From Patescibacteria group bacterium (lineage in GTDB: Bacteria > Patescibacteriota > Minisyncoccia > Phycocordibacterales > UBA918): a DNA stretch of 64,000 nucleotides. A program made the translations under genes and the position numbers. The stretch covers positions 8,573 to 72,572 of the forward strand of contig JBCCYW010000003.1 in assembly GCA_039188945.1 (NCBI GenBank), read 5' to 3'. Positions 1-15,000 of the stretch are shown one piece after another (within the stretch, counting starts at the first letter, position 1; every line of letters starts with the position of its first letter). Below the pieces are notes generated by a model, which was not told the DNA's origin, did no database searches, and saw nothing but the letters and a program-made list of their open reading frames with translations.

Positions 1-3000
1 CGGTACTTTCAACATTCTTCACCAAAGAAATACGTTCGGTACCAAACAACTCAAGACAGACACCATAGTTATCATTATCTAATCCTGGTGTCTGTACACC
101 AAACATCGCACAGGCTTCATTTTCTGCTCCCGCTCCTGGTGTCGTATCAACATACTGCATGTAGCGAATGATTTCACCTTGAGAGACAACTGACGTTGTG
201 CTGAAAATGCCGTCTGGAGCTCGACTAGTTTCAAAACCTGACGTATCAAGCCCAAATCCTCCACCAAACGCGAATGTCGCATTGGTACTAAAGAGACCCT
301 TATCACCACCATATTCATCGAGATTATTATCCTCAAAGTCATCCACCACAATAAACACTTCACTACTGGAGCTGGTCGAAGAAGCCGACACGTTACCGTA
401 GTACATGTAAATCTCAGTCACTTTGTCAGCTCCAAGAGTTGGCACCTCGACCCACACATCTGCACTGACTCCGGTAGAGAAACGTTCCTGCCAGTGGTCA
501 ATCTCTGTCACACCAGAACTATCAGTGAAGCGAAGATCATCAAAGTCAGTTTGCATATCAGCGTCATATGGAACCACCATCTTTACGGCTGCATTAGTAG
601 TTGTCGAGAGATCATTGTTATCAATCCTGATTCGTTGTCGTGAACTCCAATTGTTGTCGTACCACGTTCCTGGAGGCGCCCCTTCTCCCCCATCATCGTT
701 GCGCCAGCGGTAATGCGCCTGCTCAGTCAAAAGACAATCGCTATCGTCCCAACGAATCGAACTACAAGCATCGGTTCCATCTTGGTCATATACCTCACCA
801 GAGAGATTGCCGGTGTGTCCAGTGAACGTCCAACTATTAGTGGTTGTCGCGTCCAAATTAACGTTGATCCCTCCCGTAAAACCTCCATCAGTAAACCTAC
901 TGCCGGTAATAATTAATCCAGCATTGGCATTTAAGGTTGTCGAAGCAAGTGTGATCAATGACGCTCCATTGAGTGCTTGTGTGAAGCCACCATTATCGAG
1001 TGAGGTGATGGTTGGTGTGCCACTGAATTGTAGACCGTTAGTATCAAGGTCTTCAAAGTCAAAGTACTCAGCGTTGAAGACGCCCGCCAACACCTGAATG
1101 CTGTACTGGCCACTGCCCGGAGTCGAGATGGTAGTTGTACTATTAGCAATACCAATAATTTCAAGCGTACCGCTCACTAAGGTGGTAGTGGCGCCACTAG
1201 CGATGAACACATCGACCGCACGAGAAGACCCGCCAAGAGCCGCTCCATCAAAGTCAGTTGCGTAACTCCAGTACTCGGTTCCTGAAGTAATGTTGTAGTC
1301 ACCAAAGATCGCGAGATCACCATCATTATTTGCATGATCTTGTGAGTAGAGTGAAGAAGTTACCGGTACCGTGAGATTAGTAGATGAAGCATTCCAGGTG
1401 CTGACGTCAGTATTTTCACCAAGTATCACGGTGTCGTAGAGTTCAGCCGGAGTAGACTTGCTGTTGGTCTCATAGATTGAGCCACTATCCAAAACCAGAG
1501 TCGAGCCAAGCCAGGTTGTGGCTGCACCAATGTTGTTGGTAAATACGCCACCTACATAGAGCGTCGTACCACTAGACTGAATATAGGTAGTGGCTGCACT
1601 AAGCGAGAGATTGTTGGTAACCGTCGCGTTTGCTCCCACTGTCCAGCCACCAAGCGCACCACCGAACACCACATCGTAGAAGACGTTATTGCCAGGATAA
1701 ATTAATTCTCCAGTATCACCTGAATTAAAGAGAATTGAACTTGAAGCTGTAGCAAGCGTACCAGTTGCAGCAAGTGATCCACCGATAGAGAAGGTGCCGT
1801 CACCGATAGCAAGACTAGCTCCGGTAGTGATATCCAGGTCACCAAGCAATGAGGCGGAGACGTCTGAGAAGGTGTACGAGCCAAAGTTGTCGATAAACAA
1901 GTTGTTGAGGTCATTGCCGGAGAGTGTCACAGTGTAGGCTCCACTTGATGTAGCGAGCCTAACTGTTCCGCTGTTGTTCGTAATAGTGTCGTTCACGATA
2001 AAGTCGGCTCCTACCGCAAGAACTCCGCTCGGCAAGGTTACCGAACCAGTTGCCACCCGGAAGTAATCAGTAGTAGTGGCATTTGTGTCTGCCATTGTCC
2101 AACCACCACCAGTTCCAGCAAAGAGTACTGACCGAGTATCTGAGCCACCAAAGGTTACGGTATTACCACTACTGGTGGCATCAAAGACAATCCGACCACC
2201 ATTACTATCAAAGCTGCCGCCACTATTGACGAAGGATGCACCAATTGTAGTAGTGCCACTTGGCAGGGTGACCGCTCCGTTTTGAATTAAGAAGTTACTG
2301 CCCGTAGTAAGTGTTGTATCAGTGACTGTCCAACTTCCCGTACCATTAAAGACAAGGTTATAGAAATCGTCATCATTGATGTTGATAGTGCGAGCAGCTC
2401 CGGTGGTGGTAAAGGTAGTAGTTGCGGTACTTGCATCAAACACAGCGCCTGCAGCCGTGATCAAACTGCCACCAATCGAGTGTTCTTCTCCAGCAGCCAT
2501 TTGGAATGTTGCATTCGAAAGGAGTTCAACCGTACCGTCAAAGTCAGCCCCGGCGCCACCGCCAGAGACCGTCACATCTCCATCTGGCGCAAATGTTTTA
2601 CTCTCCCATACTACCAACTTGTGATTAGATGGCAAAACGAGCGTATCTGGTGAACCACCAGTAGCAGTGAACGGAATATCTGCGTCATCATCACTGTCCC
2701 AGGTATCCATATCATCGATAGTCAGCGGGTCGCCACTTTCGTGTCGCACAATCACTCGATTCTCATAGATATCCATATTTCCAATCGAAGACAGTGGATC
2801 TTGTGAGACAACGACACCAGAACCAGCACCATTACCAATATACACAGTGATAACATCTGAGAGTCCATAACTAATGCCGCTAAAGGTGTAATCGGCACTA
2901 CCAATAGCACATGAAGTACTCGCAAATGTAAGGCCGTCCATACTCAGGAAAATATTTGCCGTCGCGCCATCACAGATGCCAATACCTGATTCAGTCACAC

Positions 3001-6000
3001 CGTCGTCACTGTATACAGTACCCTCGATATTAATGATCGCCGCAGAGTCTTCCCACACTAAGAGACCCGGATCATCACCTGGATCATTATCAAAGTCTTC
3101 ACCCGCCAGATTGCCAGGCACATTAACAAACCGCCATGAGCTAGCAGCTGATCCAGTTGCGGTAACGTTAAACGCACTGATCGCAGTGGTGGTAGCAAAC
3201 CGGATATTGGTATAGTTAGGGGCTGGATTAGCACTAATCACTGAACCACCTACCGTCATACCAGAACCGCCCGCAATGGCGATTTCAAAGTCACCATGCG
3301 ACAAGTCAGTCACGTCAGGTGAACCCGAGAAAGTCAGACCATCAGCCGTAGTATCACGGAATTGGTAGTAGTTCATGTTGACGTCAGTCGAACCTCCCAG
3401 TCGGAAGTCATACGTACCTACGGTTAGCGCATCAATACTGGTAGTGGCGGTTGAAGATCCCAGGACAGTCAATGAACCTCCGGTATAGAGTACTGAGCCA
3501 CCTGCTTCAACGAGCACCGCCGCTTGACGTGCTCCTCCGCCAAGTGCCGCGCCATCAAAATCTTCGTTATAACTCCAGTAATCGTCAAAGCCGCTGTTCC
3601 TGTATTCACCATAGATATTTAGTGCCCCATCAACTCCCGCGTGATTTCGAGAGTAGACCGAGCTTGCATCGTTGGTGGTAATACTGGTTGATGTCGCATT
3701 CCAAAATCGTGGCTGTGTGCTAGAGGCAGTTACAATCGCTCCGTAGGTTTGCGAGGTTGTTTTTGCATTTACATCGTACGCCTGATCACCGTAGAGACGG
3801 AGCGTTGAACCAGTCCAATTGGTGGCTCCTCCAAGCATTGAGTTCGTGAAGGTATTGCCAACAGACAGCACCTGACCACCACTCATCGTAAAGTTGCCAG
3901 CACCTAACACCATATCCCCCGTCACTGTTGCGTGCTCGGTCATGGTAAAGGTACCAAGCCCATCAATAGTGAGGTCAGCAAACGGTGAACTGCCGGCGGC
4001 AATCGCCTCATTACTAACCACCTCACCAAACCGGACCGTTCCACCGTTAGCAGCAAATACCCCGTCGTTATCCCAGCTGCCGAAGGCTTCTAGAGTAGCT
4101 GTATCACTCGCTTCAATCGTACCAAGTTGCCCAATATAGATAAGTTCTGCTACCGCTAGAGCTGGATCGTTGGTATTAAGGTCAAGCGTTGACGTACCTT
4201 GATTACCGACCGTCAGACTATTGAAGACTTGGAGGTTGGTACTAGGACCAGTCGCCACAACATCTCCCCCAGCGTCAGTATCGATACGCAGATTGTAATA
4301 CGGTGTACGATCGATATTTGGTGTGGCGCCACTATAACGAACCGTACTGGTTCCTTGCTGGAAGGTACCGTTCGTGGCAAAGACATTACCTGAACCGGTG
4401 AGGTCGAAGGTCGCTTCTCCACCATCGAGGAGATGGTTAGTGGAGATGGTGAGGACGCTTCTTACGGTAGTTGTCGCATCACTCGCCATGGTGGTGCTGT
4501 CAGAATCTGTCACATTACCAAGCGTTAGGTTATTGAAGGTCCAACCTTGTGTTCCACCAAGCGTGTTATTACGCTCTATCGCAACCGTTCCTCCCGTCAT
4601 ATTAACCAGACCATTACCAGAGAACGAACCACTCTCGACAGTGACGTCTGAGACTCCTGATACGGTTCCGGTTGCTAAGTTAATTCCAGTTTGGGAGATA
4701 ATTGGTGTTTGTACTGCCCAGCCGCCGCCTACACCAGTAAAGTCAATATCGTAGAACGTAAATGTCGAGCTGGCGCGCGAATCGATAGTTTGACCAGTAT
4801 TGGTTGCCGTAAAGGTTACTGTTGAAGAAGCACCGCTAAACACGGCACCATTTTCGCCATAGAAGCCTCCACCAATCGTCACTGGGTCAGTACCGGCCAT
4901 GGTCAACGTACCTCCATTACCAATTGAAAGCGTTCCATCTTGTTCGGTCGTACCATACCCTGAGAGATTAATTTCACCACCCGGAATAAATTGCTTACTA
5001 TCCCAAACATAGAGGCCACTACCCGGCAGAACAGTGAGTAGATCTGGTGACGTGCTCGTAGAAGCAGTAAATGGAATGTCACTATCGTTATCGTTATCAA
5101 AGCGAGTCATATCAGCAATTGTCAGTGCTGCGATGTCTTCGTGACGAACAATCACTTGATTAGCGTAGATATCAAACCCTTCAATGCGACTCGGTACAGC
5201 CTGTTCTTGTGGTCGCATAGCAAACTGAATCGTCATGCTGTCCTGGTTGCCAAGCGATGTAATTTCAGCATCACCAGTAGCACCAAACTCTTCTTGTAGC
5301 TTGGTTGATACTGCGAATAGTCTGTCAGTGTTACCGGCTGGTGAGAGCGAGTCTTCGACCAACGTCTCCCAGTCTAGTGGCATGTCAACATTAGTGTCAC
5401 CAATCACCATCCACGCGGCAAACACTTGGGCTTTATCAGTGACTGTGGTGATTGATTCTGCTGCTGGCGAGTTATCGTTTAACTGATAATCCCACGTTGT
5501 TGCTACATCCAGTGGACTAGTGACATCTACTCCAGAGAGTGAGCCGATCCAGTACGCAATCTCGTCAGTACCATCGTTATTAGTAAAGGTATGAGTAGCG
5601 GGTTCAGTCGTCGCGTCAGTAACTACCCGATACCAAGCACCACCAAACACATCGGCTTCAGCATTCTCACCACGGGTTGCTATCTCAGTCCAGCCAGCCG
5701 GAGCACTAACGGTCGGATCATCATCCTTACCAATAATTACCACGAGGACATCATTGGTTACCACTGATGGAGTAGTGAGCACTACCGTTGCACCAGTAGC
5801 AAATTGTTGCTGATCAAATGATGAATCACGGACAGCAATATCTTCGTACACCGGATCAGTTGGGGTACCAAGTGGTGTCTGAGTTACCACCGCAGCTGAA
5901 ACTGACGTGGTTGCGGTCGGCGGTGTGGCAGCTGGCTGCAACGCGAATGTGCCAACATGAGGATCGCGAGTACCTGGCACCCCAACCATCTCAATTGATT

Positions 6001-9000
6001 GAGTAGTGCTCGGGGTAGCAAACTGTCGTGAAATAACACTGAGGTTCACATTGTTAGTGCCAACAATATTGTAGGCCCGAGTGTCCCAACCTTCATCACT
6101 AGCAACCTGAACTGCAACGTCGTTATCGACAAACCATGAACTAAGGACGTACGTATTGTTGACCGTTGTCACGACACTTGGAGTTTCCGGAGTTCCGTCA
6201 TCAAGCAGCTCTGTCCAGCCACTACTAACATCAATTGGTGTGGTCGTGTCGACATTCAAGAATGAACCAATCCAATACGAGTATCCTTGATTGTTATTAA
6301 GAGCGTTAAAGTCGTACGAAGTTGGTTCACTGCTAGCATCAGAAACCACCCTATACCAAATACCAGTATAAATATCATCATTGGCTGCGTCCCCAAATTC
6401 ATTAATAAGTGTCCAACCAGCTGGTGGCGTGATACCTGGATCATCATTCTTTCCAATAATGGCAACCAGAACTGAGTTATCTTCAATGGTGGTTGGTCGG
6501 GTGACTGTGGTGACTCCAGCCCCTGTTCCGACTCCACTGCCAGTCAGCTCATCCAAAAGGAAGATATCCATTGCTCCATTGGTGGCTTCAGAATTGAGAT
6601 ACGCAGTCACTTTCGGCTCGCCAACATACACAATGCCGGTCACTTCAAAACTTCCATCAGTCGGGTCACAAGCCGCTGTGTATGATGGACCACTATCGAG
6701 TACTACGGTCACATTTTGTGTGACACCATTACAGACACTGGCTGACGCGGTGGTTGAGCCATTATCGGCATAGACCGTACCGCGAATTGAGATTGCATAA
6801 TTACTATCGTCCCACTGAATTGTACCGGGATCTCCATCATCATCGTCAAATGATTCACCATAGCGATCACCAACCCCACCGCTAAAGAGCCAGAATGCAC
6901 TCGCCGTACCACTCGCCGTAACGTTTACTGAAGGACCTGAGACTGAGGCGAAATTAAGATCCGGATACTCTGTTGATGGTTGCGCATTGATGGTGCTTGC
7001 ATCAACGGTAACCGCTGTAGTGCCGCTCGCGATAGAGAAATCACCGTTGGTGAAATTAGTAACTGAAACAGAATCAAGGAGCTCAAAACCATTTACACCA
7101 GTACCGGTCATCGTAAAGTACTGCGCATTCAATGTTGCTCCCGAGAGCGACAAATCGAAGGTACCAGTGATCGCATCGACCGTTGTCGATGCCGTACTAC
7201 TACCAAGCATATTGAGAATGGCACTGCCAGAAAGACGAACTGACGTACCACTCGCAATCCGCACATCAACCTGACGAGGGCTACCGGAGATATCCGTGCC
7301 ATCAAAGTCAGTCGCACTACTCCAGTATTCTGCCCCAGTCGTTCTCGTGTAGTCACCAAAGATTCTAAGTTCACCATTATTGCCACCAAAATCTGGCATA
7401 TAGATTGATGACGTATCGAGAATGGTTGAGGTACTGATGGTTGAATTCCAGATCGTAATATCACTATCACCTGACACCTCGATCGTCGCATAGTCATCAC
7501 CTGAATCGAGTCGATCAGTGACAACATAATCGCCACCCGTAAGCACAAGGGTTGAATCAGTCCAGGTAGTTGAGGCCGCGGTGAAGCTGTTGCGGAAAAT
7601 GTTTTGTACCGACAAGGTAGTGTTTGGTGCCTGCACAAAACTATCACCCGTGACTAAGGTCGCATTATTTTCTACGGTCGTCGTACTTAGCGTCCAGCCA
7701 CCGCCAACGCCATTAAAGGAGAGGTTGTAGAAAATTCCCGTACCAAAGTCTATTGTCTCACCGAGATCGTTACTATCGAATGTAGTAGTGGCGTTATTGG
7801 CATCATAGGTACCGCTGTTGTTGAGCGCTGAACCACCAATTGTGAAGGTATCGCTCGGTGCGATGAGAAGCGCTCCAGAGACTGTTACGTCTCCATCGGC
7901 GTCTGCGTTGGCCTCGTTGAGTGTAAAGACCGGCGCTGCTTCGGTAAAGAGTTCTGAGCTAGTGGCGTAGAAACTCGTTGGTGCAAATTGATTATCGTAC
8001 TCAGTTGTAATCCATCCAGCGTCTCGCACGACTGATGAGAAACGGAGTTCATCGAGAAAACCATCAAGCTCTTCCCCGCCATCAAAGCCACCGAGAATTG
8101 AATCTTGGTCTTGCCCAATGATAAGTGCACCATCGTTAATATCGATTGCATCAAGTGTTTCGAGAGTTGGACTTTGATCATCTTCTTCAGCGTTAATGTA
8201 GAAGCGAACAATATTATTATCAGTATCACGCACTGTGTGGTAGGCTCGCCACGCACCATCGTTAATGAGTGAAATATCGACAAAATCAACCGTCCCTTCA
8301 TCAAACCATTCAAACTCATCACTATTATCAAGACGAATGAGAACCTCATTAAACTGTCCTGAGTTAGCACCTGATACAACAGCATGATCGTTCAATTCTG
8401 TTGTTTGGTACCACCACGACACAGTGACATCAGTTTGACCATCGAGAGTAGACGTAGCGATTTGAATGTAATCAGCATTCGCTTCGTCCCATTCTTGACC
8501 CTGGCCAATGAACCCAGTAGTTCCAGTAGCATCGACAAAGTCGTCACCATCTCGGCCATTGCCAGTACTGTCGGTGTAGACACCAATGTTACCGGTACCG
8601 GCGACTTCTTCTCCTAAGTGGTATACCGCCAAGTAATCATTAGTCCAAACATTATTTCGGCCGTACGTGTCAGTAGGGCTATAGGCAGTGGCGTTTACAT
8701 TGTTGTAATAGAGATAGAAGCGATTATCAGTACCGCTCGTCAGCATCGGTGCTTTAAAGTGTAGTTCTCCAGTCTGGGTATTCGTGTCGATGCTCACCAA
8801 CTCATAGGCGAGTTCGGTTGTTCCGTTACTACTTGTCATTCGAATATCAGCTCCATCGGCAGCAACGTTCGCCCAGAACACCGACCCAAGATCCGCTAGG
8901 TTTATATAGACCGGGAAGTCAATCATCGCTCCCGTAACTGAGGTTGAGGCAATATCAATCACCACCCGATCACTCCAGGCGGCTGCGTACCAACTATCAA

Positions 9001-12000
9001 GAACACCACTACCAAAGATTACGTTGTTAAAGGCAGCGTTATTAGTAGTAACATCAACACTACTGGCACTCGTAAAGACAACCGTGCCACCATTAGCAGT
9101 AAAGTCACCACTTCCGGAAACATCAAGCGTGTTCCCAATCGCTAACGCTCCTGACGGGAACGTCACTGTACCATCTTCAATAGCAAAGAGATTAGTAGTG
9201 GTCGCATTAGCATCAGTAAAGGTCCAGTCACCAGAGCCCGAGAACGTGACATCATAGAACTGATTCAGGAATTCTGTCCCGTTGAGGGTAATCACTTCAC
9301 TGCCAGAGCCATCAAACTCAACCTCGTTGTTGTTGTGCATGAACACTCCGTTGTTAATGAAGGAACCACCAACATTCAACTTACTTGTCGGCAATGCCAC
9401 CGTACCAGTCGCTACGGTAAAGTCACCGCTCACCACAACTGATGGTTCGGTGAAGGCTGGTGAAGTGGTGGCGTCGGCAAACGTGATATCGAAGAAACTC
9501 GAACCGCCTGAGGAAATATTGTGTGTTGCCTCGTCAGTCGTGGTCGCTGGGGTATATGCTTCGACACTGCTCGTAGCGTAGAAGTCAGTTGGCGTGAATT
9601 GGTTGCTGTATTCTGCCTCGACCCAGGAAGCGTCGCGGCTTGAGGTAGCGATACGGAGCTCGTCAATGTAACCCAAGAACGCACCACCACCAGCATTACC
9701 AGCCACCCGCAAACCACCTGTGTTTGAAGGGTTCTCATCAGCACCGCCTCCCTGCTGCACACTCTCAACTTGCACCCCGTCTTCATACACCAAGTTAAAC
9801 TGCGTCGTTGAAGTGACACCAATCGTAGTAAAGTGTCGCCAAATCGAAGGTGTTCTTGGGTTTATTGTATAAGCCGCCTGACCGTCATCACGACCAAAGT
9901 AGTGTAGGCCCGACGTACCGCCGGTCCAAGGCCTGAATTCAATATCATTTGGACCATCACCAGTTCCCCACTCCCAGACCGTCTCATTGTCAAAGTCATC
10001 CAAGAAGTACCATCCCGACGTCGTGAGACGATCACCAGATGTCCATGAGAAGTCGGTATCAATTAAATATCCAGCACTACCACTTGCATTAAGCGCTACA
10101 CCCACCTGACCACTGGTGGTTGCCATGGCTCCACCCAAAAGCAAGAGGTCGCGTCCTCGGCCAGAATCATCTGGAATAATAGTTCCAACGGTGCTGAAAT
10201 CATCATTAAAGTGATAGACCGCTTCATAATCTCGCCATACGGCGTAAGAACCATAGGTGTCAGTAGCTAGATAACCGTCGGCAGCAGGGTTATCAAAGTA
10301 GATATAGAAGGTTGTAGTAGCGGAGCTACTAATTGCATCTGCTAAGAAGTGAAGCTCACCAGTTTCTGCGCTGGCATCAAATTCAACCAGATCATATGGT
10401 AGTTCCGTCATACCATCATTAGTAGTAATTCTGATATCGTCACCGTCAGTTTGCACACTACCCCAGAAATCGCTACCTAAGGTAGAGAGGTCAACAAAAG
10501 TCGGGAAATTAGTCAGGGCACCACTAACTTCAGAATCTTGTACCACTATTGGTAATCGGCTTGCAAACGAGATGTCTGCGTACCAGTCTGCCGAACCTGG
10601 AATAGCGGCAGGATAAGACCGGTCGTCCGGAATAAATTCAACGTTACTCGAGCCAGCTAAGAAGGTGCCAGTGTTTGTCCAGTCACCGCCCACATAGAAG
10701 GCATACGTCGCACCAGACAATGTATCGTTCGCACCAATCGTAATATCATATGCTTTCACATCACTGGTAAGCGCTACAAACTTGCTCACGCCATCAATTA
10801 CCACATTACCGATATTTTGTAATGTTGTGCTCGATACATGATCATCGTTCCACGTTGCCGCAGCGTTTCCATCGAAGGTGGTAGTCGCCACTCCAAGCCA
10901 AGTAGCATTGGCACCAGTTGAGAGGTTACCCTGCAACGAAATATCATTTACACCTCGATCAAAGGTGCCACTCGCTACGGTTAGTGATCCGGACAGATCA
11001 AGAGCTGTTGCAATGGTATACGTCGCCGTACCCGCTCCAGCTCCCATTGAAAGGTTATGGAAATCAAGTGGCGATTCGGTACTAATGATGGTCTCACTTG
11101 AGCTGGTAGCCACCAAGTTGATGGTTGAGGTATCAGTAGAAGACGTGGCATTATTTTCCCACGAGCCACTCACAGTAAAGGTGTTGCCATCGAGCTCAAC
11201 GATACCGTCATTGACAAAATCATGCGTTGTCACGCTCACCGTCTGGGAACTACTAGCTGTGTATGTGGTACGAGGACCAATGTAGAGATTGGCATTGCCA
11301 CAACTACCGACCGCACACACATTGAGATTACCAGAGAGATCTACATCAAAGAAGATATCTTCATTACCTGAAATACTATTATCGTACGCGGCCAAATTAT
11401 TATTAAAGACCGTACTATCTTCATCGGCCTGGAGTGAAAGATGTTGTTCATAGAGTGTCACACCAGTAATATCACCAACCCCATCATACTCAAAGACCGC
11501 TACTGCCTCATCAGGATCAGCTGCTCCATCAACCCAGACAGTAATAATATCGCCAGCAAATGCGGTCACATTCGCAAGCGTCCAGGTGCCATCACCGGCA
11601 ATCGTACCGGTATTTAAGAGCGCTGGTCCGTTATTCACGGCTGCCATAATGGTACCGCTAGTAACTGGAGTCACTCGGTCATATTCATAGACAATGCCAG
11701 ACATATTGACACCTTCGCTCCATTCAAGTTGCCAATTATCAATTGATGGACACGAACCACCACCACAGGATAGGGTCGCAAATGGACGAATAATGCCATA
11801 GGTATTAATGTCGACATTGGTGAGATCTATTGGGCTGGTTGTGGTGCCAGTACTGTTGCCTGGAATTGCGCTATCTGGGATAAGTGCATACACTCCATCA
11901 CTTACTTGGTATTGCAGCTGATACAAAATATCACTGGTAGCTGGTGTACTATCTACCCAGGAGAAATTATCGAATTTTGGTCCTGCACCATCAGTGAAGA

Positions 12001-15000
12001 TAATATCCTCACCAGCAATCGTACCGGTCAAATCACCAGCATTAAGACGAGTCAGGTTACCAGCAGTATTTTCAAAGGCCACGATCGAAACAATTTCCTG
12101 AGTATGACCGTCAGCCAGTGAACCTTGTTCAGAGATACTGACAAAAATGTTTGAAGCATTGCTTGTGCCACCAAGATCCTTCTGAGCAAAACCACCCTGA
12201 CCACCATCTTCAGCATTATTTTGAATCAACGTAATTGCCGGTGTCGTTGAGAAGCCAGAAATACTTACTTGCGCCCCACCGTCATCAACATCACCATCGG
12301 GTGAGTTGAGGGATTGGAACACACTACCGCCCACATCAGTAGACGTCGTTGCATCTAACACTATGTAGTCGATATCTTCTGACCCAGAGCGACCACTTGT
12401 AGTATGACGACTTAACGCTAATGCGACCCTCATCTGACTACTAGTGACTTCAGTCTGGAAGGTTCCCCCACCATCTACGTGAGAAGATACCCACTCTGAG
12501 TCATTGTTTGTAGATACGGTAGTAATCGGTACTGGTATTCCTGAAAAAGCTGGTGTAAAGGTAATCACCTCACCAACAGTATTTGAGTATCCGTCTACTT
12601 GTGTGGCACTCACACTCTCTTGCGTACCAGCCAATAACCGAAAACCACTGCCACCATCATCAATCGTCCAGTCACCTGTTTCGGCTACCACATAATCTAC
12701 GTCGGTTGAGCCGGTAAAGTTGTTTTGGTAGTTATCTACTTTAATTTCAAATGAATTACTGGTCTTGTTACGAACCCGCACCGTTCGACCCGAAGCTTGT
12801 CCACCCGCTTGGAAGTCAAATTCAGGAGTACTCACCACCACCATATCGTTGTAAATATTTTGTGTATTGACCGTCGTCCAATTGTTGTTGGTGAGGGAAA
12901 TCGTTCCAAATTCACCGACAACATCAGTAATTTCTACTGAGTCAGAACTCGAGGCAATCACTCCAGCCAGTTCACCTTGATCAAATTGTTCCTGAGTCGT
13001 CTGGAACCAGGTTGATACTGAGACTGACGTTGAGGCGGTAAATGAATCTGGTTCTGACCACGGACTAAAGCTGTCGTTACCATTAGGGTCCTTGGCCCGC
13101 ACTCGCCACCAATAGGTAGTGTTGTTGGTGAGTGGCGTCTGGGTTGTGTAGGTGACAGTTGCTCCAGAAGCATACGGATTACCAGCACTGAAACCAGGAC
13201 TCGTGCTTGAGTTAAAGGTAGATGAGCTGGTGAGGAAATCAATGTCAGTACTGATTGATAGCTCATACTCAAGATTGTCGCCTTGTGGATCAGTTGTCGT
13301 GAAGTCGAATACCGGACTCAAGCCTGCGAACTTCTCGTTATCAAACGAATCACCGAGTGTCGGTGTGTTTACCCGAAGCCCCCACTTCACCGACCACTCC
13401 TGCAGTGAGACGGTTGTTCCTTCGAAGGTAGCTACTAAACGAATTTCGTTATAGACACTCGTATCAAGTTCAGAAATACTAATTGGTGAGGAAGTCGCGC
13501 CAATACTATTATTTGGAATCTGTGAATCAGGAATCAAGGTCCAGGTACCGCTATCGTTAAACTGCACCTGGACCGAACTGGTACCACTCGTAACCGTATC
13601 ACTCCAAGAGACTTCACCCCAGGCGTTGCCAAAGGTTGCATCATCAAAATCGATCGCCGTTGACGTCATGGTGGCAGGCGATGAAGCGAGTGCGACTTCC
13701 CCACTTGAAGTCGACATATTGCTAAGTTCGTTGGTTGAAAATTGGTCACCAGTTGTTTGGTACCACTCAGTAACTTCAATCAGGTCCTCGACGGTGAAAC
13801 TATACGGTGATGACCACTCGCTGGTCGTGGCTGAACCATTTGGATCATCAGCCCGCACTCGCCACCAGTACGTTGTACCCGTTGCTAAGCTTGTACCTGA
13901 TGTAAACCGAACCTGATTACCTGACGAGAATGGAGCCTTATCACCATTATTGTTGATGTTTTCAAATTCGAGGAAATTATCGTCAGAATTACGATCAATC
14001 AGTGGGCTAGCAAAATCTACGGTGTTCGCAACTTGCACCTGATAATCAATATCATCACCAGCAATGTCAGAAGACACAAACTCAAGCATCGGGGTTCTGG
14101 TAGCAGTCCGCTCGTTATCAAAGAACGCAAGCAAAGTTGGCACATTTGGTGGACCAACCGTCTCGAGTTGTGGGTATAAGGTATAGGTTGTCAGTGGCGC
14201 ACCACCACTTCGGGTCATGCGGAAACAATAGTTGATATTAATATCAACATTGGTCGCCTGAAGAACCCAGTCAAACTCAGCCACTTGACCAACGCCAATT
14301 TCATTTTGAATAAGGTTAGAAAGATTTCGCTCCTCGTACGTTCCAAACACCGTTGAGGATGCCAGGGTGGTAGAAGATAGAATGCGTCCATCTTGAATGA
14401 GCGGAATATCAAAACCTGAGAAGGCTGCGGTCGTACTACCCGGTTGCCCAACTTCAAACCAATTACTTTCAGCAATCAAAGAACATTGATCAGCCGCCGT
14501 CGCAGCACCATATTCAAGTCGGAATGCAGCAGAATTTTCAGTACCAGTAGCGGTACTGGCTTCAATATTCATTCGTAAGCGGATAACATCGCCATCCTGG
14601 AGTGCACCAGACCCAGTAATTGATTCTCCTTCAGTCACATTTGAATCACTAATTGGCCAGGTGGAAGTTGGAGTTTCGGTATTACCATTTTGATACCACA
14701 AGAATGAGAGTTGTTCATAGTCAGCGTCATTGGCCATTTCCTGTTGACCAAACGCAATAGTAAAGGCATCTGCTCCAAACTTACGTGCCTGCACGGTACC
14801 AACCAAGTTCTTCTCGTCACCAACGTTAGTACCGCTGTTCTGGATTGAACGATCTTCATAAATAGCATAAAACGGCACACCATTAGTCGACACGACCTGA
14901 TAGCCAGCTGGGTAGTTGAGCGTATCTCCATCAGTTCCTCCATTAAAGAGCACTTTGCCCGGATCTGTTGTATTAGGGGAACAAGTTGCACTCTCAATAA

